Assembly: GCA_964626935.1 (NCBI GenBank)
Contig: CAZVIU010000003.1
Span: 1 to 36,290, forward strand
Direction: 5' to 3'
DNA: 36,290 nucleotides
Source: an uncultured Gammaproteobacteria bacterium
Lineage (GTDB): Bacteria > Patescibacteriota > Patescibacteriia > CAZVIU01
A model generated the notes under the pieces. The model did not search any database. It was not told the origin of the DNA and worked only from the letters and a program-made list of their open reading frames with translations. How positions within the stretch are numbered: the first letter of the stretch is position 1; each line of letters begins with the position of its first letter. Positions 29,111 through 36,290 of the stretch are shown in pieces. The position numbers and the translations under genes were made by a program.

Positions 29111-30434
29111 GGGGGGAGATTTTTGAAGAGAGCGCGTAGTAGATCAGCGGATTAGTGGCGGCCTGTTTAATATCGCGAGCCGTTACTGTTTTTCCGGTTG
29201 GCAGAACAAAAACACCATCAGCCGCAAGAAATTCTTTTTCTTGTGGAATAATTACATGGGCATAATTCCAAGCGAGTAGGAGATAATAGTCAGGCAGATG
29301 CGCTAAAGCATAATCTTTGCCGACCACTGGTAGATGAGTACCCGGAGTGTAGAGTCCTTGTTTGGTTGGTATCTCATCAACTACAAAATCAAGAATTGCA
29401 TGATTAAGTCCGTAATAATTGAGTACTGTATTACCCTTGGCTGGCGCTCCGCGGGCGGCGAGTCTTTTACCTTGGGCTTTGGCCCTGCGGAACATAGTCA
29501 CGACCTTATTTTTACAAGTTTCTAATCGTTCAGCGAGCTTGTAGTAAGAATCAATTTTATCCATTTTAAGTTCTAGTTCTTTCTGAATTAAATAATTCAC
29601 ACTTGAATGAACTGGGCGTACGCCTTTGTGCCCGGTAAAGACTCGGATTGATTGGCCCTGCGACGGGGTGACCTGTACTTCAAATACTTCCAACCCAAAA
29701 CGCTTGGCCAGTCGTACCAATGGTCGAACCGCTAGGTAGGATAGGTGCTCATGATAAATTGTGTCAAAGGTTAGATTTTCAAACATATCCACAAGGTAGG
29801 GAGCTTCTAAGACAAAAACACCGTCTCTATCAAGAAGTTGGACAATCCCGCCCCACAATTCATCGTAATTATTTATATGGGCGATAACATTGTTGCCGAG
29901 GATGGCCTTGGCCTTTCCCTGTTTAGCAACTATATCTTTGGCAATGTCGGCGCTGAAATACTCGGGAATCGTGAGAATGCCGCGTTCGTTAGCAAGTTTG
30001 GCAATATTGCGAGCCGGATCAACGCCAGTCACGCGAAAGCCGTTATCTTTAAACCATTTTAAGAGGACGCCGTCATTACTGCCCAATTCAACGACTAAAT
30101 TGTTAGTTTTTAAAAATCGTTTCATTACATCTTCAGCGTATTTGCCAAAGTGGTCTGATAGCCTAGGCATGAGCGAAGAAAAGTAAACATAATCACGGAA
30201 CATAATATCCGGATTGACAATATGAATGAGTTGGGCTAGATTGCAATCTTGGCAAAAATATACATCGAGCGGAAAGCGAGCCTCTGAATCATTCAGCTGC
30301 TCTTTTTTTAAGAAAGAGTTGGACGGCGGATGTGCCCCCAAATCAATAACTTGCCGAAGGCGGGTACCTTGGCAAGCGCGGCAGGCCGTATTTGTGGTCA
30401 TAGATTGCGGCTTAGACAGCGTCATATTTAACAA
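29097..30434 (-). CDS. NDP-hexose C-methyltransferase (TylCIII-like; zinc-ribbon + SAM MTase + C-methyltransferase C-terminal domain)
   Basis: CRACQGTRLRQVIDLGAHPPSNSFL...FCQDCNLAQL is the N-terminal 4-Cys domain typical of sugar C-methyltransferases. VVELGSNDG is SAM motif I. It overlaps the rfbB start by 14 nt. Confidence 0.75.
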   Translation of the reverse strand: MLNMTLSKPQSMTTNTACRACQGTRLRQVIDLGAHPPSNSFLKKEQLNDSEARFPLDVYFCQDCNLAQLIHIVNPDIMFRDYVYFSSLMPRLSDHFGKYAEDVMKRFLKTNNLVVELGSNDGVLLKWFKDNGFRVTGVDPARNIAKLANERGILTIPEYFSADIAKDIVAKQGKAKAILGNNVIAHINNYDELWGGIVQLLDRDGVFVLEAPYLVDMFENLTFDTIYHEHLSYLAVRPLVRLAKRFGLEVFEVQVTPSQGQSIRVFTGHKGVRPVHSSVNYLIQKELELKMDKIDSYYKLAERLETCKNKVVTMFRRAKAQGKRLAARGAPAKGNTVLNYYGLNHAILDFVVDEIPTKQGLYTPGTHLPVVGKDYALAHLPDYYLLLAWNYAHVIIPQEKEFLAADGVFVLPTGKTVTARDIKQAATNPLIYYALSSKISPHASS

Positions 30435-30447
30435 TCTTAAATATAAA

Positions 30448-30484
30448 ACAAGACAATGTCAACAAGATAGTGCGACACAAGATA
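30448..30484. promoter_or_regulatory. Three direct repeats ACAAGAYA in divergent promoter region
   Basis: Copies lie at 30448, 30462 and 30477 (spacing 14 and 15 nt), between the divergently transcribed C-methyltransferase and GT2 genes. This is a candidate operator. The motif overlaps the AAGAACA octamer family. Confidence 0.3.
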
Positions 30485-30518
30485 GCGAAATTGTTAATAA
30501 TGTGTTAGTTTATAAGAC

Positions 30519-31379
30519 ATGAAGCCTGATTTATCTATAATTATCGTAACTTGGAACGTGCGGAAATCGTTTGAACAATGCTTAAATTCAATCGACAAAT
30601 GGGTTGACGCGCCCTTTGAATTATTTGTTATTGATAATGCTTCCGGCGACAGCACCCGTGTTTTTTTGGAAAATTTTAAGCCCCAAAATCAATTTTTAGC
30701 TCGCTATGAAGTGATTTATAATAATCAAAATTATGGTTTGTCCAAGGCGGCCAATATGGGTATGAGCCGGGCGCAAGGCGAGTTTATATTGTTGCTTAAT
30801 CCTGACACAAAACTATTAGGTCCTGTTTTTAATAAAATGATTACGGTTGCTAAAAACCGGCCTCGTCTTGGCATGCTTGGATTTAAGATTATGAATCCCA
30901 GCGGCAAGGTTCAGTGGTCAATTTCAAGACTGCCAACACTTGTCCGTCAAATAGAATCGCGTCTTGGTCTTTGGCGGCCAAACTTTGATTATGATCAACC
31001 CCAGGAAGTTGAACAAATTAATGCCTCGGTGGCTTTAATGCCTAAAGCCGTTTTAGATGAGATCGGCCTTTGGGACGATGGTTTTTTCATTTGGTTTGAG
31101 GAGAATGATTTTTGTAAACGCGCTCATAACGCCGGTTACAAAATCTATTATAGTCCAGAAATACAGGTAATGCATGAAAGTCAAGCCGGAATTTCTAAGA
31201 TTCCAATGTGGAAACGGCAATTGATTTGGCAGAAAAGCATGTTTCGGTATTTTAGGAAGCACCACGGTTTGCCGCAGGCAATTATGGTGTCGATTCTAGA
31301 TCCTGCTTGCATGATGATAGGGATGGCGTTTCAAAAAATCAAAAAGCGTTTATTAGAACACAAGAACAAAAGAGCATAA
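30519..31379 (+). CDS. GT2-family glycosyltransferase (rhamnosyltransferase-like)
   Basis: Motifs are LSIIIVTWNVRKSFEQCLNSI, FVIDNASGDST, LLLNPDT and FEENDFCKR. The C-terminal tail LEHKNKRA is encoded by an octamer array. Confidence 0.85.
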   Translation: MKPDLSIIIVTWNVRKSFEQCLNSIDKWVDAPFELFVIDNASGDSTRVFLENFKPQNQFLARYEVIYNNQNYGLSKAANMGMSRAQGEFILLLNPDTKLLGPVFNKMITVAKNRPRLGMLGFKIMNPSGKVQWSISRLPTLVRQIESRLGLWRPNFDYDQPQEVEQINASVALMPKAVLDEIGLWDDGFFIWFEENDFCKRAHNAGYKIYYSPEIQVMHESQAGISKIPMWKRQLIWQKSMFRYFRKHHGLPQAIMVSILDPACMMIGMAFQKIKKRLLEHKNKRA

Positions 31380-31424
31380 AAACAATTTTTTGTTTTAATG
31401 TTTTCATGTTTTAATGTTTTAATG
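31355..31424 (+). repeat. Composite element: AGAACANA octamers, 13-nt spacer, GTTTTMAT octamers, spanning a stop-intergenic-start junction
   Basis: AGAACACA AGAACAAA AGAGCATA contains the TAA stop at 31377-31379. AAAACAATTTTTT follows, then GTTTTAAT GTTTTCAT GTTTTAAT GTTTTAAT G, which contains ATG 31422. It is homologous to 4901-5042. Confidence 0.9.
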
Positions 31425-32294
31425 AAAGTCCTTATTCTCGGCGCCAAAGGTCTTTTGGGCGAGGCGCTTCAAAAGATATTTGAAGATCATGAGACAATCG
31501 TATACGATCGCGAGGAGCTTGATGTGACCGATTTTACCAAATTACGTTTAGAAATTACGCGACTACAGCCAGAGGTAATTATAAGTTGCGTTGCCTGGAA
31601 TGATGTTGATAGTGCTGAAGCAGAAGAGGGGCGAGAAAATAGTGGCGGTCTTAATCGCGCTCGATTTGTCAATTGTGATGTTCCACGAGAGCTTGCCGAA
31701 CGTAGTCGTAAACTCGGCATTATTTTTGTTACTTATTCAACCGATCATGTTTTTGATGGAGAAAATCCAGCCGGCTACAGGGAAGATGACCAGCCAAATC
31801 CTGTAAATGCATATGGGCGATCAAAATATTGTGGAGAGCAGGCGGTTCAAGCAGTCGGCGGCAAATCCTATATCATTCGAACATCAAGGCTCTACGGTCA
31901 TAAACCGCGAAGTCCGGCGGCTAAATTAAATTTTGTTTTAAGAATGATAGAACTGAGTAAAGCTAACAAAGAATTGTCAAGTGTTCACGAGGAGCCGGGT
32001 GTATTTACCTATGTGAAAGATTTAGCAGAAACAACCATGAAGTTGATTTTAGAAAAATATCCGTACGGCATTTATCACTTGACAAATAGTGGCGCGGTTA
32101 CATGGTATGAGTGCGCAAGAGAAATATTTAGATATTTAAATATTGAAATAAAACTCAAGCCGGCGGGGCGACGCGATTTTCCCAGGCCGGCTCGCACCCC
32201 AAAGCATAGTATTTTACAAAATACGAAGTTTCCGCCCTTACGAAATTGGAAAGATGCTCTCCATGATTTTCTTACAGAACTTGATCTAAAATGA
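31422..32294 (+). CDS. rfbD: dTDP-4-dehydrorhamnose reductase
   Basis: Motifs are MKVLILGAKGLLG, ELDVTD, VAWNDVDSAE, YSTDHVFDG and PVNAYGRSKYCGE. The track start 31398 (MFSCFNVL) is array-encoded, so ATG 31422 is preferred. Confidence 0.88.
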   Translation: MKVLILGAKGLLGEALQKIFEDHETIVYDREELDVTDFTKLRLEITRLQPEVIISCVAWNDVDSAEAEEGRENSGGLNRARFVNCDVPRELAERSRKLGIIFVTYSTDHVFDGENPAGYREDDQPNPVNAYGRSKYCGEQAVQAVGGKSYIIRTSRLYGHKPRSPAAKLNFVLRMIELSKANKELSSVHEEPGVFTYVKDLAETTMKLILEKYPYGIYHLTNSGAVTWYECAREIFRYLNIEIKLKPAGRRDFPRPARTPKHSILQNTKFPPLRNWKDALHDFLTELDLK

Positions 32295-32297
32295 TTT

Positions 32298-32987
32298 ATG
32301 TATGATATTTCGATCATCATTCCTGTTTATAACGAAGAGTTAGTTATATCTGGCGCGATTGAAAAGATCGGTGGGTACTTTAGCGCTCTTGACGCGCGAT
32401 TTGAGCTTGTGGTAGTTGATGATGGCTCAACTGACGATACGGTTGAAATTGTGAAGAAAAAAGCAAATCAATTTCCTGCAGTTCGCTTGATTGAAAATAA
32501 AATAAATTATGGAAAGGGTTTCTCAGTGAGACGGGGAGTTTTAGAATCACGCGGGGATTGGATGCTATTTTTAGATGCTGACTTATCAACTCAGCCGGAA
32601 GAATTTGAAAAATTTAGACCTTTCATGAACGATTGTGATATCATCATTGGTTCGCGAACACTGTCGGAGTCGCGTATTATTCTACGGCAGCCACTGTGGC
32701 GTGTTTTTGGTGGAAAATTTTTTAATCTTCTTACGTGCTTGTATCTTGGTCTTCCCTTCCGCGATACACAATGCGGTTTTAAATGTTTTCATAATAAGAC
32801 TAAATCTCTTTTTGAGAAGCAGACTATTTTTGGATGGGTATTTGATGTGGAGATCTTATATTTAGCGCAAAAAGCAGGTTTTCGTATAAAAGAAGTGCCG
32901 GTTATATGGAAACATCACCAAAGAAGCAGAGTGAAGGCGCGCCATATTGTAAAAACCTTGGCTGATCTTATAAAAATCAAAAATTAA
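32298..32987 (+). CDS. GT2 polyprenol-phosphate glycosyltransferase (DPM1/ArnC/GtrB-like)
   Basis: Motifs are ISIIIPVYNEE, ELVVVDDGSTDDT, FLDADLS and DTQCGFKCF. It is soluble-sized at 229 aa. Confidence 0.85.
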   Translation: MYDISIIIPVYNEELVISGAIEKIGGYFSALDARFELVVVDDGSTDDTVEIVKKKANQFPAVRLIENKINYGKGFSVRRGVLESRGDWMLFLDADLSTQPEEFEKFRPFMNDCDIIIGSRTLSESRIILRQPLWRVFGGKFFNLLTCLYLGLPFRDTQCGFKCFHNKTKSLFEKQTIFGWVFDVEILYLAQKAGFRIKEVPVIWKHHQRSRVKARHIVKTLADLIKIKN

Positions 32988-32994
32988 TTCTGTG

Positions 32995-33966
32995 CTACAT
33001 ACGTTGTATTTGTTTGTATATAGACAAGGAGGCGAGCGTTAGTTGATAGCCAAAATCAGCGTTTGTTGTTGGTTGGGTGTTGGTGTGTACACAATTTATG
33101 AAATGTTCTAATTCATTGCGTAGCGGTTCATTTGCCGTCACGGTTGGAATTTCCGGTTCTGGCAAATTAAAATATATCGATGACGGGAAAGTAGTGGCGG
33201 TAAAAGCTGGATAGCGGCAGCGCCAAACACGTAGTTTGTCATTCTCCTGACGATCATTTATCTCTGCAATACCCAGTTCTCCCACAACAGTAAATTTTTT
33301 TGTCTTTTCCGGCGCATACCAAGTAGTGAAAATATGCGCCCGGAGTCCTGAAGAAAACTTAATCGCGACAGAGGAGAAATCCTCGTTAACTCCGAAGCTG
33401 CTGCCGCTTACCTTTCTTGCCATGCCCGGGTTAAATAAGAAATAAATTAGCGATAGATCATGTACGCCGGCGTCAATGAAACTCCCAGCATCACTACGAA
33501 TAGGCCCGGGCGATTGGTGCTCACCAAAACAGTATTTAATTGTACCAAGTTCTGGCAGGAGGCGAGCTAAAGCACGAACAAAGTTATTATAGACATATTG
33601 GAAACCCACTAGGCACACCCGCCTCTTCTCTCGCGCGAGTATTCTAATTGTGTTAGCCTCAGCAACATTGGTGGTGAGCGGTTTTTCTACAAGCACATGC
33701 TTGCCGGCTCGCAGTGCGGCTACTACAAGAGCAAAATGCGTAGAAGCAGGCGTTGCAATCACCACACAATCAACCTGTGGGCTGGAGAGTACCTCGGCCG
33801 GATTGGTTGTTTGGAGAATATCCGGATGTAAGAGATCTTTGTGTGTGCGAAATACCTCCATGGTATCATTCGCAACGGCGATGAGGTAAACGTTTGGTAA
33901 TTCTTGCAAAAGACGAGCATAGTGTTTGCCGAAATGTCCCAATCCAATTAATCCAAAACGGAGCAT
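32995..33966 (-). CDS. Gfo/Idh/MocA-family NAD(P)-dependent sugar oxidoreductase
   Basis: Motifs are RFGLIGLGHFGKHYARLL, VVIATPASTHFALVVAALRAGKHVLVEKP and the EKP motif. Confidence 0.85.
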   Translation of the reverse strand: MLRFGLIGLGHFGKHYARLLQELPNVYLIAVANDTMEVFRTHKDLLHPDILQTTNPAEVLSSPQVDCVVIATPASTHFALVVAALRAGKHVLVEKPLTTNVAEANTIRILAREKRRVCLVGFQYVYNNFVRALARLLPELGTIKYCFGEHQSPGPIRSDAGSFIDAGVHDLSLIYFLFNPGMARKVSGSSFGVNEDFSSVAIKFSSGLRAHIFTTWYAPEKTKKFTVVGELGIAEINDRQENDKLRVWRCRYPAFTATTFPSSIYFNLPEPEIPTVTANEPLRNELEHFINCVHTNTQPTTNADFGYQLTLASLSIYKQIQRM

Positions 33967-33975
33967 AATGAAAAA

Positions 33976-35109
33976 TTATGAGTTGTTTTCCCGAAACCAC
34001 GTGAGTGTTCGTTTTAATCCGGTTTCAAGATCAACGCGTGGCAAGTAGCCGAGCGTAGTTTCTGCTTTGGTTAAATCAGGGCATCGTCGCCGCGGTTCAT
34101 CTTGCGGGTAGGTCTTCGGATAACTCACTAAATTTACCTTTATTTTATCATCAAAAATTTTTTTAGCTATTATTTCAGCTAACCCCAGCATATTTATTTC
34201 TTCTTTATCATTTCCAATATTGTATATTTCTCCGTCTTGACCAGAAAGCAATACTTTGAAAAATCCAGCAACAGCGTCAGAAACATAACAAAAACTTCTG
34301 GTTTGATTACCTTGGTCATGTACGGCGAGCGGTTTGCCCGCCAGTCCTTGGCTTAAGAAGGTGGGAACAACACGGTAATCCTTGGAATTCATCCCCGGGC
34401 CATACACATTAAATGGCCGGACAATTTTAATTGGTGTCCGGTGCACCCGATAGTAAGCAAGAGCTAGAGTTTCGCCAACCCGCTTTGATTCGTCATAGCA
34501 GGAGCGCGGGCCGGTGCTTGAAACATTGCCTTTGTAGGTCTCTGGAGTTGGAATAAAATTAGGATCCGGATCGCCGTAGATTTCGCTGGAGCTAAAATAT
34601 AAGATACTCGCAACATGTTTGGCGCGCGCCAGCTCCAAGGTGTTTTTAAGACCAAAAATCGTTCCTTCAATAGTTTCAATAGGAAACTGTTTATAATATA
34701 CGGGCGAGGCAACGCCAGCCGCGTTGATAATGTAGTCTACCGGACCATCGATCGCGATAGGCAGGCGAACATCATGTTCTAAAAAGTTAATGTATTCGCT
34801 CGTGATTGTGCGCAGCAAATTTTTCTGTTTACTAACAATATGATTATCAATAGCCACAGCTCGGCAAGTTGTTTTTAAAAAATGACGGTTTAGAAAATCG
34901 ATTGCAGCCACTATGTAACTGCCAAGGAAACCAGAGCCGCCAGTAATGACAATCGTTTTTCCCTCAAGTCTGCCTGCTTCCATGCCGAGCCATTTCGCAA
35001 TAACTAAAAGATCCTCGTCAACAACATCACGAGTAACAAGTTTTCGCAAGAGCGGCACATCGCTACGATATGAATTTAACTCTGACGGTATCTTGTTCAT
35101 AAGCCCCAT
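33976..35109 (-). CDS. UDP-glucuronate decarboxylase-like extended SDR (UXS/ArnA C-terminal-domain-like)
   Basis: Motifs are IVITGGSGFLGSY, SSSEIYGDPDPNFIPTPETYKGNVSSTGPRSCYDESKRVGETL, FNVYGPGM and GNQTRSFCYVSD. It has a 50-aa N-terminal extension and overlaps the upstream cupin gene by 47 nt. An alternative ATG lies at 35100. Confidence 0.8.
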   Translation of the reverse strand: MGLMNKIPSELNSYRSDVPLLRKLVTRDVVDEDLLVIAKWLGMEAGRLEGKTIVITGGSGFLGSYIVAAIDFLNRHFLKTTCRAVAIDNHIVSKQKNLLRTITSEYINFLEHDVRLPIAIDGPVDYIINAAGVASPVYYKQFPIETIEGTIFGLKNTLELARAKHVASILYFSSSEIYGDPDPNFIPTPETYKGNVSSTGPRSCYDESKRVGETLALAYYRVHRTPIKIVRPFNVYGPGMNSKDYRVVPTFLSQGLAGKPLAVHDQGNQTRSFCYVSDAVAGFFKVLLSGQDGEIYNIGNDKEEINMLGLAEIIAKKIFDDKIKVNLVSYPKTYPQDEPRRRCPDLTKAETTLGYLPRVDLETGLKRTLTWFRENNS

Positions 35110-35461
35110 CTTTACGAGATTTTGTAGCTAAGACCACCCAGACCGTGTCTTCTAAGAAACGCATCGCGTGCACGCGCATGGCTGGAGAAAAAATCATATC
35201 CCCCTCTTCTAAAACTATTTTTTCCGCTTCGGAATCCGGCGCATCAACAGCTTTTTCAAAATATTCCATTCGGCCACGCAGCATATAACAATAATGCGAA
35301 TCTTCCTTATGGTAGTGATTCGCGCGCACTGACCCCTTTTTCGATGTGATAATGAGCATGCTCCGCACATTGGTTTTACCGTCATCAAGGAGCATGGTGA
35401 TATCACCGCGTGCATCGCTAAATTCAGGCGCGATGTTTTTAATGATATGTAACATAACCAT
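35063..35461 (-). CDS. Cupin-fold sugar-nucleotide isomerase/epimerase-like protein (FdtA/WxcM-like)
   Basis: FSDARGDITMLL and GSVRANHYHKEDSHYCYMLRGRMEYF are cupin motifs, and SPAMRVHAM is present. Confidence 0.6.
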   Translation of the reverse strand: MVMLHIIKNIAPEFSDARGDITMLLDDGKTNVRSMLIITSKKGSVRANHYHKEDSHYCYMLRGRMEYFEKAVDAPDSEAEKIVLEEGDMIFSPAMRVHAMRFLEDTVWVVLATKSRKDGAYEQDTVRVKFIS

Positions 35462-35484
35462 TAACTATTATTAAGTATCAACTG

Positions 35485-36204
35485 TTAACTGTCAATTTTA
35501 GCAAATCGCCATTTGAAGATTGTCCAGAGAACCATAAGCCCATCGCGATAACGAATTTTTTTACCTTGAGCAAAGGTGCGTGGATGATAATGAATCGGCA
35601 CTTCAACAACACTTACTCCCTTACAAAACAACTTACATAAAAGCTCTATGTCATAGGCAAAACCGTCAGCTTGTATTTTTAAATCTTCAAAATAAGTGCG
35701 CGGCACTATTTTGTAACAGGAAAAAAAATCAGTACCGTTGCGGCCATAGAGCAGATTAATGCTTCCGATAATCAGCAAGTTGCCAAGATGCGTTAACGGA
35801 TGCGGATGTTGCCATTTTGTGTAATGACGAGTCTCTTCATTGTTATCAAGCGTGCGCGACCCCAGTGTTACTTGTGCTGTGCCAGAAAGGAGCGGCCGCA
35901 AGAGGGCGGCATAATCGTCTGGATCATATTCTAAGTCAGCGTCTTGAATAATTACAAAATCTCCTGTTGCGGCGCTAAGGCCAGTTTTAATGGCCGCGCC
36001 TTTTCCTTGATTGCGCGCTAAGAAAATTACATGATGCCGGGTAGCAAATTCTTTAAGTATTTCAGTTGTGCCGTCGAGGGATCCGTCATCAACGATGATC
36101 AGTTCTTTTTCGCATCGGAGCGTATCGGCATTTTCTACGCGATGAATTATCTCGCGCAGAGTAGCGGCTTCGTTGTATACAGGTATAATAATGGATAGTT
36201 TCAC
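35485..36204 (-). CDS. GT2 polyprenol-phosphate glycosyltransferase (DPM1/ArnC-like)
   Basis: Motifs are KLSIIIPVYNEAATL, LIIVDDGSLDGT, NQGKGAA and IIQDADLEYDP. The start is GTG. Confidence 0.85.
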   Translation of the reverse strand: MKLSIIIPVYNEAATLREIIHRVENADTLRCEKELIIVDDGSLDGTTEILKEFATRHHVIFLARNQGKGAAIKTGLSAATGDFVIIQDADLEYDPDDYAALLRPLLSGTAQVTLGSRTLDNNEETRHYTKWQHPHPLTHLGNLLIIGSINLLYGRNGTDFFSCYKIVPRTYFEDLKIQADGFAYDIELLCKLFCKGVSVVEVPIHYHPRTFAQGKKIRYRDGLMVLWTIFKWRFAKIDS

Positions 36205-36290
36205 ACGGTTGATTTTTTAGAGAGTTGCGCTATTATTAAGGGTAAAGTCTAAATATGGACACTTGCAAGCATAATTTCTAAGCTTGTAAG

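Noticed and set aside
31398-31421. N-terminal MFSCFNVL extension of the rfbD ORF.
   Set aside because: It is encoded by the GTTTTMAT octamer array. RmlD homologues begin at MK(V/I)L(I/V)xGAxGxLG, which matches ATG 31422.

Overview
This is an AT-rich bacterial window that looks like an uncultivated small-genome lineage such as CPR/Patescibacteria; that is an impression I cannot verify without a search. Almost the whole window is one cell-envelope glycan locus. In order it holds a 5'-truncated giant repetitive Thr/Ser-rich surface protein (2-3067), four tandem paralogous Wzy_C (O-antigen-ligase family) membrane proteins with C-terminal TPR domains (3393-12786), six GT4-type (GT-B) and three GT2 glycosyltransferases, three extended-SDR sugar enzymes, rfbB, rfbD and an RmlC-like cupin, an NDP-hexose C-methyltransferase, an AsnB-family amidotransferase, a SAM methyltransferase, a Gfo/Idh/MocA oxidoreductase and further cupins. 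A GC-richer three-gene island (19154-22500) interrupts the locus and encodes a P-loop NTPase-CYTH fusion, a FAD oxidoreductase and a cupin. I saw no rRNA, tRNA, CRISPR array, cas gene, transposase, integrase, flippase or initiating phosphoglycosyltransferase. The most unusual signal is not a gene. More than 35 short repeat modules (tandem 7- and 8-nt arrays, plus 30-63 nt palindromes or hairpins) sit in intergenic spacers and also in-frame inside the glycan genes. They fall at the same structural loops of paralogous glycosyltransferases. Point variants in the arrays fall exactly where a consensus unit would create an in-frame TAA. One 63-nt hairpin occurs twice in one gene, in two reading frames, with compensatory stem changes. 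I propose a lineage-specific, translated, stop-free repeat system: either Rickettsia-RPE-like selfish DNA, or contingency or recombination tracts. It overlies a candidate surface-protein O-glycosylation locus. All functional calls rest on motifs read by eye from the translations.
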